A stretch of DNA of 64,000 nucleotides from Diplonema japonicum. Its lineage: Eukaryota > Protista > Euglenozoa: Diplonemea. The translations under genes were made by a program, and so were the position numbers. The notes beneath the pieces are model-generated. The model saw only the letters and a program-made list of their open reading frames with translations. It searched no databases and was not told where the DNA came from. Every line of letters begins with the position of its first letter. Positions within the stretch are counted from its first letter, which is position 1. The stretch spans positions 1-64,000 of the forward strand of contig OZ025666.1 in NCBI GenBank assembly GCA_964019335.1, read 5' to 3'. Positions 41,244 through 52,464 of the stretch are shown here, piece by piece.

Positions 41244-44200
41244 ATGCGGGCGGCAAAGTACCTAAAAAGACGCGACTCGGGTCAACAGGCGCCACCCAAG
41301 TCCAAAGCACCACACCGTAAAAAGGGCTTGAAAAGAACAGGGCTACAAGACATGTGGAAAGAATTACTAGGCGACGAGGTAGAAAATGGTTGGGGCAGTG
41401 AGGGTGGGAACAGGGCGAAGGCAAGTGCCATTGCAGCTTTGCGGGAATTGAAAGATGATATGGGCTGGCCAGTTAAGGAGATTGAAAACCTGAGTGAAGA
41501 AGGCGTCAGTTCAGAATTCGAACGGTTGAGCATAATAAAGAACCACACAATGAATGTGCTCTCAACCATTGCCCAGCGTGAGGCATGCATCCAGATGTTG
41601 ATGGGCACCCTGGGTAAGTGCCCACCCACCGTACTCAAAACGTCTCCTGAAATTGCCCGTAAAGATCACGATCCATACGTCAGCTCTTTAGCTAAAGCAG
41701 TACAGCAATTGAGGAAGGCCACTGTTGATGTCTTAGAAGGAATCAAGACATGGAGAGGAGCTCTAGGGACCTTTAGGCCGTTTAAATGGAGGGGAAGTGA
41801 ATATGTTCAAAAGATGCAGGCAGACACGTCCTTCCTTTTATCGCACCATGTATCTACAAGACTTCTTCGACCCGAAGTGGTCAGCTCTCCTCTTTTATAC
41901 ACTTTCAGCACGTCAAAAAGCGGTGCAGCAACGACCACACGCACACGCCGTCTCCTTGCTGCCAAGGACATCTTACTGTACGAGACGGCCCTCAGCACAC
42001 CTGTGCCCGACATGCTTGACCTCGCCAGTGACACCCTCGAGAAGCCCTTTACCCCTGAGCCCCAACAGGACAACAAAGAAGAGGATATTTTGACCAGCCC
42101 GGGATCCATCAGGATGGACGCTATCGGCATCATCACGACACCAAGATCAGAGGCCGAGTCCGAGAAGTGCAGCCCCCCCGATTCACCGAATTCGCCTTTT
42201 ATGTTTTCTTCACCTAATTCGCCTCTAACGCCCCCTGCAACAGAGTGCACGGAAACAGAACGTGTTGTTAAACTCGTGTGTGTGGATTCACAAGAAGGTC
42301 GGGTTTGCATCCCGAAGCCAGCGCTGAGCAATGACAAGGCTGCTAGGAGGATCCAACAAGCCTTCCGACTGTATAACACACAGCGCAAACACCAGCACGA
42401 GGACACGATAAACGAGAAAGAGCTCTTGTCGCAAGCGAGGGACAGAGACCAACAAATGGAGTTGGAAAGGATGAAGTTGCGAGAAGATGAAATCCGAACA
42501 TTTACACCCCCAAAGTGGCAAAGGCTGGCCTCAACTCAATATAAACATTGCAGTACGTTCACGAAGCAGACGGAACGAGCAGCTGCAGCTTCTGTGGTGC
42601 AACTAACATGGAGGCTGATCAGAGCAGGTAAAAAAAGAGCACAAGCACTGCGTGATGATAGGGGCTTGCACAGAGCCGGAGAAATCCTTGAGTACCATTG
42701 GCAGTGGAGGACGGAAAGGCTCCTGAAAAATAGGGAACGGGAAACAATAGCAGCGAAGTACAGAATGCGAGCAGATGAAGAAGGACACCTGGTTACCAAA
42801 TACAACAGAGCACTTACTAGCATCCAGAGAATTGGAAGAGGCTTAACTCATAGACTATACTTGAGGGAAATTGCTTTGCTGCAGCATGATATAGTTCTTG
42901 ATACGAAGGCTAGAGTCCTGACATCGGCAGCAAGAGGGATGCTTGCACGGCGGCAGGCAGCTCGTCTGAGAGAAGACAGAGCGGTTAACAATACAGTCAC
43001 AATAATAGAGAATAGTTTGAGACACTGCAAGGCTGTAATAATCCAGTCGTGGTTGCGGGGTGTCCGTGCACGGGACTACGCTGCGAGCATGCGCAGCTCC
43101 AAGAAGCTGGACACACAGTGGTCGCACAACGCTGCCGCAAAAAGGATTCAGAAAGCTTACAAAATATGGAACAGCAAGAAGTACGCCGACACGCTGCGTA
43201 CTCGCAGGAGCAGCTTCGAGAGTAGCAAAAAATGCGAGCAATTAAAAATTGTTGGTGCTACAAAGATACAGTGGTGGTACAGAGGTAGAACAGCAGCCAG
43301 GGCTGTGCGGCAGCGCGTAGAGACGAGGCGGAAGAAAAGAGAGGATGCTGTGACAAAGGTAGGTGAGCGATACCGCGGAATTAAGAACAATGCCAAATTG
43401 GCACGGTTTTCACATACTATCAACGATGCTTGGAAGAAAATACAAGAAATGGACACACACTCCAGAAGCGCCCTATGCGCAAATGTGGACGTGGAGATAG
43501 ATGCAGACATGATGAAGGGCGCAGTGATACCCGGCGGTGCTTGCAAAAGGCCAGCAAGCAGAATAGAATTCACGGCAAGCGACACAGATGACGAGTCCTC
43601 GGTAGAGTCCTGTGAAGAGGTCGATGTGACGCAAGTGCTTCGTGAGGGGCATGTCGCAGCTGGTAGACGGGCTCTGCTTTTGTTAATGTTAGCAATCACA
43701 CGGCGGCGGCTACCCTCACTTGACAGGCAAATGTACGACACTATTGTTACCTACCACCCAACTAGTATCACAGTGTCGGGTCTGCTGATCCCCCAACTAG
43801 ATCTGAACCGTGCTCGAAGGTACGAAGAGGATGTCCTGCACTCTGTTATGAATAACATGCTGAAACTTACGAAAAATGTACTGCTGCGCATTTTGAGTGG
43901 CGTCTATGGCGGCAGTGCACCGCCTATCCCTGACAAATGGACCATAGTCAGTGTGCTTGGAAGAGTTGTCCTCGATTGGGGCTTGCATGCAGTCATTGGT
44001 CATCTGGAGGATACTAATGTGTGGAAAACCAGCCTTCTAGCTATCGTGCTCCACGAGCTTCAGTTTGATGCATCGGAAGAGTTGCTCAGTCTGCTTCGCG
44101 CTGATCCACTGGCTCTGCTGTACTCTGACAAGCTGACGAGGCCAACGTTGTCGGCAATTTGTGCACACCTTCCTTCGCATCACGAAGATATGCTGCTTTG

Positions 44201-44360
44201 GATCCATGAGATGGGCATCCTGCAGGTGCTGTCGACGCTACCTGACATCGACATTGAGGAGATCACCGCACAGCTTCCACTGGGCCCCTTGCCACCCAAA
44301 CGACCGCAGCAGGAAACTGTAGTCTCCAAGTTCATGGTCACTTGCAAAGTCAAGTGTTAA
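41244..44360 (+). CDS. IQ-motif (calmodulin-binding) protein
   Basis: Multiple IQxxxRG motifs (IQQAFR, IQRIGRG, IQSWLRG, IQKAYK, IQWWYRG). Confidence 0.75.
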   Translation: MRAAKYLKRRDSGQQAPPKSKAPHRKKGLKRTGLQDMWKELLGDEVENGWGSEGGNRAKASAIAALRELKDDMGWPVKEIENLSEEGVSSEFERLSIIKNHTMNVLSTIAQREACIQMLMGTLGKCPPTVLKTSPEIARKDHDPYVSSLAKAVQQLRKATVDVLEGIKTWRGALGTFRPFKWRGSEYVQKMQADTSFLLSHHVSTRLLRPEVVSSPLLYTFSTSKSGAATTTRTRRLLAAKDILLYETALSTPVPDMLDLASDTLEKPFTPEPQQDNKEEDILTSPGSIRMDAIGIITTPRSEAESEKCSPPDSPNSPFMFSSPNSPLTPPATECTETERVVKLVCVDSQEGRVCIPKPALSNDKAARRIQQAFRLYNTQRKHQHEDTINEKELLSQARDRDQQMELERMKLREDEIRTFTPPKWQRLASTQYKHCSTFTKQTERAAAASVVQLTWRLIRAGKKRAQALRDDRGLHRAGEILEYHWQWRTERLLKNRERETIAAKYRMRADEEGHLVTKYNRALTSIQRIGRGLTHRLYLREIALLQHDIVLDTKARVLTSAARGMLARRQAARLREDRAVNNTVTIIENSLRHCKAVIIQSWLRGVRARDYAASMRSSKKLDTQWSHNAAAKRIQKAYKIWNSKKYADTLRTRRSSFESSKKCEQLKIVGATKIQWWYRGRTAARAVRQRVETRRKKREDAVTKVGERYRGIKNNAKLARFSHTINDAWKKIQEMDTHSRSALCANVDVEIDADMMKGAVIPGGACKRPASRIEFTASDTDDESSVESCEEVDVTQVLREGHVAAGRRALLLLMLAITRRRLPSLDRQMYDTIVTYHPTSITVSGLLIPQLDLNRARRYEEDVLHSVMNNMLKLTKNVLLRILSGVYGGSAPPIPDKWTIVSVLGRVVLDWGLHAVIGHLEDTNVWKTSLLAIVLHELQFDASEELLSLLRADPLALLYSDKLTRPTLSAICAHLPSHHEDMLLWIHEMGILQVLSTLPDIDIEEITAQLPLGPLPPKRPQQETVVSKFMVTCKVKC

Positions 44361-44482
44361 TTATACTTAACTTAATGCTTTTGTTGTTATTATTGATTGC
44401 TATCTAGTATCTAGACAGCACGTCCTGAGGCTGTTGTTGTTATTTGTTTACCATCATGTGTAGCTATCACATATGCAGGAAT

Positions 44483-47400
44483 ATGCTACTTTTACGGGTG
44501 TTGACTTTGGTGTTGGGCGTGGTGGCGTATGCCGAGAGCGAGGGGGAGGATACCGATAATGTAATAAAGGAAGCTCTTGATACAGTTTCCGATCTGGGAA
44601 AAGAGACATCCAATACCGAGATGCAATCTGACGAGGTGTCGGTAGACAATGCACCAGAACAAGACGGAAAACATGAAGAGACAGTCAACAGTCAAGCGGT
44701 GCCAGATACGAATCAGCCAGTTTCTGTAAAACATTTGAGCACGTTTATGGGCACGGGGTCTTCCCTGGACACCATTTCTTTTGCCATAGTATGTCGGAAT
44801 GTTAATGTCAACCACAACACAACACAACACAGCCCAATCACATAACCGTTGCGTGCAACACATTCCCCGACTTGAATGGGCGCTACTCTCTCCACTCTTC
44901 AGGGATGTGGAACGAGCGCTGCGTGTGGTACAAAGACACCACTGCCATCCTTTACTTCAGCAATGATGGGAAGTGGACATTGTCAAGACGTAACCCCGTC
45001 AAGACTATCGTGACTGCATCCGTTGTTGACCCCAACAACGTTTATGTCCCCCCAAAGTCAGGATGGAGAATACCTCTAACGCTGGTATTCACAGGGCTCG
45101 ACGTCCTTCCAGACGATCTTTCCTTTATGTTCCACCCTTTGGGTCGGTGGGATGTAAGGGGACAAACCATTGAAATAGAGGACACTGCCACGGATGACAA
45201 CCAACCGGAAGGCATGGGATACAGATACGTAGATAAAGACGGTGCATACCCGCTGCTGTTTGCAACACTGAGACCGCCACTAGAGACTACAGGGTTCATC
45301 ACTGCCACATGGGTGGTAATGCACCCGAAGGGAGAATTCTACCTAACAATGGTGTCACGGGACACACTGCATATAATGGACAACGAGGGTGTTATTGCCG
45401 CCGCTGAACCAGTGGCTTCCAGCATTGAAGAGGAAGCGGACACCATTGCACGCGACATCCTCAAGCAACTGTTCAGCAATCATTTCTCAAAGCCTTCAAT
45501 CGAGAAAGTTACCGGCTGCAGTGATAGCCCCCTCAAGGGAAAGACACAGACAACTTCGAAGTGCTCGATTGGGAAACCGACGGAACTCACAATCACTGGA
45601 CAAAACTTTGGAAAGGCCGATGCTCAAGTGTGGCTGTTGAAACGGGTGGGTGACCGGAAAGTAGAAGTGACTTGTGGTAATGTGAATCATGACGAGCAAA
45701 CCCCCAGCCAGAAGCTGACATGCACGCTGCCCCCTTTGGAGATGGGGCTGGTACTAGACGTGGTCGTCATTGCTATGGGGACTGATGGCGAAAAGTTTGA
45801 AAGTGTGCTCTATGGGGCTGTAAAGTATGCAGACAATAACTAAGAAACATTACATCACCACAGGACTGAGACTACATACAAGAATAAGGTTCGTGCGCTG
45901 AACTTTCAGGACTTCGAAGAGCTTGGTGTGGGCGGTTTGGGGCCTGAGTTTGGAGAGATGTTCAGACGGGCCTTTGCATCAAGGCTCCAGAACGATGCAG
46001 TCCTGGAGAAGTTAGGCATTCGACACGTCAGGGGTGTAGTGATGCACGGTCCCCCGGGTACGGGAAAGACACTGCTGGCACGAAAGATTAGTGAAATGCT
46101 CGGTGCTGCGCAGGTACATACTGTAAGCGGTCCTGAGATTATGAGCAAATACGTGGGCCAGAGTGAGTCGAACTTACGAAAGCTATTCGAGAAAGCATCG
46201 CAGGAAGCTGCTGAGGATGACGGTCTTCATCTTATTATATTCGACGAGATGGATGCTATCATGAAGCCACGAGGGCACGGCGATGACTCGGGGGCGCGTG
46301 CAGTCTATGATGGTGTGACGACACAGCTCCTGACGCTGATGGACGGCATGAAGGACAGAGGCAACCTGCTCGTCCTTGGCCTCACAAATAGGCTAGATGC
46401 TGTTGACCCTGCTCTGCTGCGTCCTGGACGGTTCGACGTGAAGATCAAGATGCCACTCCCTGACGAGAAAGGAAGGCATGAGATTTTCATCATTCTCACA
46501 AAAGTATCACGCGAGTCAGGGATGATGTCGCCAGATGTAGACCTTCTGCAGCTCGCAAAAGACACGCCTTCTTTTACAGGCGCTGACATTGAAGGTGTAA
46601 TTAAGAGTGCCACGTCATATGCTCTCAGCGAAGTACTAGACACACCTGAGGGAGAGGAACAGCAAATAAGGATCACTCAGAACCACTTCAGGAGGGCGAT
46701 GAAGGAAGTGCAACCGTCACATGGGTCAAGCACGGCTATCAACCAGTATCTAGAGAGGGGTATCGTGCACTACGATGAGAGCTTTACAGACATGCTGAAC
46801 TTGTTTGACCGTCCTGTGCACAGGGTGAGGTACGGCAAGAGGAATAAGATGCTGAAGATCCTCATCGAGGGTGAACCGGGCAGCGGTCTGACTACGGTAG
46901 CGTCATACATCGCGAAGAAGAGCGGATTCCCTTTCATCCATCTGCTCGGCATGGAAGACACAGTGGGTTCTACAGAAAGTGAAGAACTTGTCAGGATTAG
47001 AGAAGTCTTCGAGAATGCTTACTTGGTCGATCGTAGCTGCATCATTCTTGACAAGCTTGAGCTACTGCTGGAAGGAGCACACGGGAGGGCTTCGTCCGCC
47101 TTGCAGCACACATTGCATCAGTTGCTCACAAAGAAGCCAACCGGAAAGGGGAAGCTGCTGGTGTTAGTGACCACCAACTCACTGGACACCCTGAGGTACC
47201 TTGGTATCAACAACTGGGACATGACAGCAACCGTGCCATACCTGGATAAACAGGGGATGCAAGAAGTGTTGAGAGAGACGAACGTGTTTGAGGACTTGGA
47301 GACAACACGGACAGTCATTTCGCAGATGCCGCTTAGAATCGGAGTGAAGAAGCTGCTGTGGCTGATAGACCAGGCGCGCGTGATGCATGGTATTGACGAA

Positions 47401-47718
47401 GACATCCATGAGGTGCGCAGAGAATACACGAAGGAGTACCCATTCTGGAGTGGCAAGACTCAGTACATTGTCCCTACCACGGTTGGGAATGAGGAATCGG
47501 AGGAGGCCTTCTTCGAGGAATCCGTAGAAAATGTATGCAACTTTGCACTTAGCACATGACAATAGATGGAAAGCGCAGCCAACTCTAAGGATGCCGAACA
47601 CTTCGCGCGCCTCAGACAGCGTGGCTTTGTTCACCCTAAGATTTTCCTCCAACTACTGAAGGAAACGGGGCTCCACAAGTATGCCGGCAATCAAGAGTTA
47701 ACGCCACCACAGCTCTGA
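44483..47718 (+). CDS. Signal peptide + extracellular-type/IPT(TIG) domains fused to NSF/Sec18 D1-D2 AAA ATPase; introns 44789-44832, 45825-45863, 47533-47565
   Basis: MLLLRVLTLVLGVVAYA; LTITGQNFG...LTCTLPP; FEELGVGGL..EF..MFRRAFASR, GPPGTGKTL, HLIIFDEMD, DPALLRPGRF; introns keep frame. Confidence 0.8.
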
Positions 47719-47869
47719 GGAGGGAATCCCTACCGCCACAGGTTCTCTCATGTTGTGATTTGTACCGATCGCCAGAAGCATCTACCCAAGCCTGACCCTT
47801 ACCTCTGTTTGGGTTGCTGCCTTATTTGTGTAACTGAGCTGCATAATAACCGTTAGACAGGGCACTAAT

Positions 47870-49897
47870 ATGGCGAAAAAAGCAGAGGTGGCAAAGTTGT
47901 TTGCGGAGCTGAAGGAGAACGAGGGGAACTGCAAGGTATCGTCTGTGGATGTCGAAACGCAAACCACAGAAAACGCTTCAAACATGTGATCAGATACTGA
48001 AAGCCTCTCCCGGCGATGAGGACTGTGTTGCCTACAAAATCTACACACTTACGGAATACAGCAGGTTCAACGACTGCATCAAGGTTTTTTTTTCTTTCTT
48101 TCTTTTCTCCTTTTCTATTCACAACACTGCACACCACAGTTCATTGAAGACTTGAAGAAGCAGAAGACGTACTCTGTGCAGCTGGCGTACTCATTTTACA
48201 GGTTGAACAAGCTAGAGCAGGCCGAAGCAGCCTTGAAGGCTGGACCTGTGGACACGGAGGCAGAGAAACACTTGCTGGCACAGATCCAATACAAAAAGGA
48301 AGACTTCAAAGCAGCAACGGAGAAATATTCAGAAATAAAGAAGGGCATGGCCGAGGAGGAAGAGGAGGTACTTGTGAACCTCACGGCGGCGATAATATGC
48401 GATGGTGACATGGAAGCCGCAATGAAGCTGCTCAGCATACAAGACTCGGACCTGACACACGACTTGCTTTGCAACAAGGCATGCATGTTCATGGCAGAGA
48501 GCCAGTGGGGCAGGGCAGAGAAGTGCCTTGCATCTGCCGCCGCCGACTGCAGAGAGAGCGCAAGGGAGGATGGTGCAACCGAAGAACAGGTTCAGGACTA
48601 CCTCTCCACTGTTAATGTGCAGACCGCGTACATCGCAGCGCAGCAGGGCGACACTGACCGCGCTGTTTCTATCCTGACGGAAGTCCTGAAGACAAAACCC
48701 ACTTCTCTTTCCAGTTTCGCGATTGGCTCCAACAACATCTGTGCGCTTCTGGGCGAACGTGCAACTGTGTTCGACGCTTTTAAACGCCTCAAGCCCCTCC
48801 GAGAGGCTCAGTACGATGCGAGGCTCTCCAAAGAGCAGAGGTTCACAATCCGTTACAACACAGTATGCACCTCGCTTCAACACCAACTCAACACAGTCGC
48901 TCCTCATGGGTCACATGGGCCAGAAAGACCAGGGCAAGTCCATTGCTGACTCTATAGCACGTGAAGACCCTTCCAGCCCGCTCGGGCCTCTTGCTCGTGC
49001 TGTAATTATGTGCTTGGAAAATAAGGTATTGCATTTACATACATTAACTTCTAATAGTACGCAAGAGCAGAAGACATCCTCAGGACCTACCTGACCGCTC
49101 ACCCTGGACAGGACGCTGCTGAAGTGAAGCTCCTTCTCGCGCAGATCTACTTGAAGCAGGGCAGTGTGAAGGGTGCTGTGGCACAACTGAAGACGGTCTC
49201 GAGACTGAAGCACCAACTGGGGGTAGCAGCAACGTTGGTGGCGGCTTACGAGAAGCACGGTGACATCGACGCTGCTGTGTCTGTGCTAGACGAGGCCATC
49301 GCACACTGGAAGAAGAATGACGATAAGAAAGCACCTGAGTATGTGAAGGTGCTGCTTGCAGCAAGCGGCGATTTCAAATTGAAGCACAAGCGGTGGAAGG
49401 AGGCTGCACAAGACTTCGAGGAGGTGATCGCGATGGGCTTCACAGATGTAAAGTACTACGCGGGGTTGGTGCTGTGCTATGCTAGGTTTGATGTGGCCAA
49501 AGCTGAGATGTTGGCTCGCGAGCACCTGGATGCTGCCCTTGACCAGTCAGACATGACTGCCGATCAGGCGCTTGCTGTTCTGAACTTCAAGGTGCGCGAG
49601 CAGACACAGGAGGCTACTAAGTCTGCCGCACTCGGTCTCACTGAAAAGAAGAAGAAGAAGAAGAAACCGGGTAAGAAACCCGCGAAGTGCGACGGAGAGG
49701 CTGACCCCGACCGCTGGAGGGCAACGAGGGATCGTGCTTCGTACAAAACGCTCACAAAGCGTGTCATTCGTGAGGCAAAGAGAGAGAAACAGGAGAGGAA
49801 AAACAAATTGCTCCGTCAGGCGGCACATGAGAGGGATGAGCAAAGAGAGAAACTCAGGGCCCACTACGAGGCCTTGCGTGCCAAGAATGAAGCTTGA
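47870..49897 (+). CDS. SRP72: Signal recognition particle subunit SRP72 (four short introns)
   Basis: TPR repeats AYSFYRLNK, HLLAQIQYK; C-terminal KKKKKKPGK...ADPDRW..RDR..YK RNA-binding motif. Confidence 0.88.
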
Positions 49898-50020
49898 GAG
49901 GATTTCTGTTCGTGTTTAGTGTTTAGTCTAGTGTGCTTCTTTCCATCTACTTCACTCATGACTCGTTTCTCAACTTTGTGCCTCTTTTACCATTTTTCGC
50001 AGAAACACTTCGAAAGTAAT

Positions 50021-50359
50021 ATGTCTGTTCGCTGCCAGCACCTGCTGATCAAGCACGAAGGCTCCAGGAACCCTCAGAGCAGGAGGACTGGTGCCAGCAC
50101 TGCTGGAGTCGGCAAGGAGTCTGCTAGGAAGGAGCTGGAGGGCTTCTTGGAGAAAGCCCTTGCAGGCGATGACTTTGCTGGTATGTGCCAGCAGAGGAGT
50201 GACTGCGGGTCGTTCTCCAACGGCGGCGACCTTGGCAACTTTACTAGGGGCCAGATGCAGAAACCATTTGAGGACGCTAGCTTCGCTCTGAAGGTGGGCG
50301 AGATCAGCGGCATTGTTGACACCGACTCCGGTCTGCACATCATCAAGAGGATTGCGTAG
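50021..50359 (+). CDS. PIN1: Single-domain Pin1-type parvulin PPIase (no WW domain)
   Basis: HLLIKHEGSRNP.SRR, SDCGS..GGDLG.F.RGQMQKPFE, TDSGLHII. Confidence 0.92.
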   Translation: MSVRCQHLLIKHEGSRNPQSRRTGASTAGVGKESARKELEGFLEKALAGDDFAGMCQQRSDCGSFSNGGDLGNFTRGQMQKPFEDASFALKVGEISGIVDTDSGLHIIKRIA

Positions 50360-50623
50360 ACCAACTCGGCACCGGGTTTGCCTAGTTACAGGTTTTCGAC
50401 ATGCAGGCCTTTGTTTTTTCCACATGTTTTTTTTTTCTTTTTTTTTCTCTTCTCTTTTTCTTATTGGGATTTAATTTTCTATATTTGCTCCCGGCTAGTT
50501 GCTCGTAGGTAGATACGCACAACCGGCTTCCCTCCCCCCTTCTTCTCTTTAACTTAGAATAATAAGTTGCAAAAAGCTTTCCTCGTGCATCACAAACATC
50601 TTCATATCTAGGAAGACATCAAG

Positions 50624-52215
50624 ATGTCCTCGTTCGCGAAGCAAAAGGGGACGAGCAAGAAAGGCATCGACATGGAGAAGTCGAAGGAAAAACGAACAAG
50701 CATGGCAGTGTCGATGAGGAAGAAGCAGTACCAGAGCCAACTAGAGAAGAAGAGAAGGGAGAACAAGAGTGATGAAGGTGAGACAGAGATCTGCGCAAAC
50801 ATACCTGCGCTGGTGCAAGAGCTTTTCGCCCCGACTGTCGAGAGACAATTGGAAGCAATGATCCTAATCAGGAAGCAGCTTTCATTGGAGGAGGCAGCCC
50901 CTATCGATACCATAGCTAACACCGAAGGCTGCATGCCTAGACTGGTCGAGTTCCTCGGGAACAACGAACAGCCGCACCTGCAAATCGAAGCAGCATGGGC
51001 TCTCACGAACATCGCATCGGGCACTGCTGACAACACACAGCATGTTGCAGCATCAGGTGCCTTGCCGATTTTTGTGCAGTTGATGCAAACTGGCAATGAC
51101 GACCTCAGGGAGCAGTCCATCTGGGCCTTGGGCAACATTGCAGGAGACTGTGCACCGCTGCGCGACGCGATCCTTTCCATGAACGTGCTGCACATCCTCA
51201 TAGCTATCGTTGCGAGCGGCCCGAAGATCTCGCTGCTGCGGAACGCAGTGTGGGCCATGGGGAATCTGTGCAGAGGTAACCCTATCCCTATCTTTGAGCA
51301 GATCACCCCTGTGGTGCCCGTCATCGCAGACCTCATCATTAGGTGCCAGGACGAGGAAGTATTGACAGATGCGTGCTGGGCTGCCTCGTACATCTCGAAC
51401 GGTCCTGACGACAGGATACAAGCGGTGCTGGACTCGAATGTCGTGCCGCGTCTGATCCAACTGCTGACACAAACCATTCCCAGCATCCAGGTCCCTGCAT
51501 TGAGAGCGGTTGGCAACATCGTGACAGGAAACGACAAGCTGACACAGGCGGTCATCAACTGCGGGTTGCTGCCGCCTTTGCACTTCCTCCTTCAGTCACC
51601 CAAGGCCGCAGTGCGCAAGGAGACGTGCTGGACCATCTCGAACATCACAGCGGGTACCACACACCAGATCCAGGCTGTCTTCACAGCAGGGTTGATCGGT
51701 CCTGTTATACAGCGCATGATGACTGGCGAGGTGCAGGTGAAGAGAGAGGCTGCGTGGGTCATCAACAACGCCGCCTCGGGGGGCACGGCTGAACAGGTTA
51801 ACTTCCTGGTGCAAGAAGGCTGCATCCCGGCGCTGTGCGACCTCCTTGGACTCCGTGAAGAGAAGGTATGGCGTAACACAAGAGAGCAACACGCACAGGT
51901 CCTCACGGTTGCATTAGAAGCAATCGACAATATTCTAAAAATAGGACAAATGGAGAAGCAAAATACCGGTCGTGAGAACCCCTTCGCAATGTCCCTCACC
52001 GAATGCGGTGGGACCGACAAGGTCCAGGAGCTGCAGCACCACGCTTCGACCGCCATTTATGAGAAGTCGCTGTCTATTTTGAGGAAGGTACACAAACCGG
52101 AGAAGAAAAAAAAAAAAAAAAAAAAAAAAAACAGTATTTCGAGGTCAGCGATGATGATGACATCGATATCAATGCGGCCGCTAATTTCAATTTTGGCCAG
52201 CCCCCCCAAAACTAG
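50624..52215 (+). CDS. Importin subunit alpha
   Basis: IBB-like N-terminus, ARM repeats (EAAWALTNIASG, WALGNIAGD, RKETCWTISNITAG); two short introns near 51866 and 52088. Confidence 0.95.
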
Positions 52216-52464
52216 ACCCCTCTTGCCTGCTAGATCACACATATAGAACCTTTGGTGCTGTACCGCTTCCCCCTATTATTTTTTTACCAATTTTTGTTTG
52301 TGTGTGCTGATTCAGAAAGTCAGGTCAGTGCCGTGACCTGCTTGGCTCGGGTGCCTTCATCATCTTGTCATCACACGCCTTAGTCTTGCAAGGCGTGCAG
52401 GGCACCAAGCACGAGTACTTATGTTATTTTTGTTCTGATAGTATTATGGTAACCAGCTGCAGGG

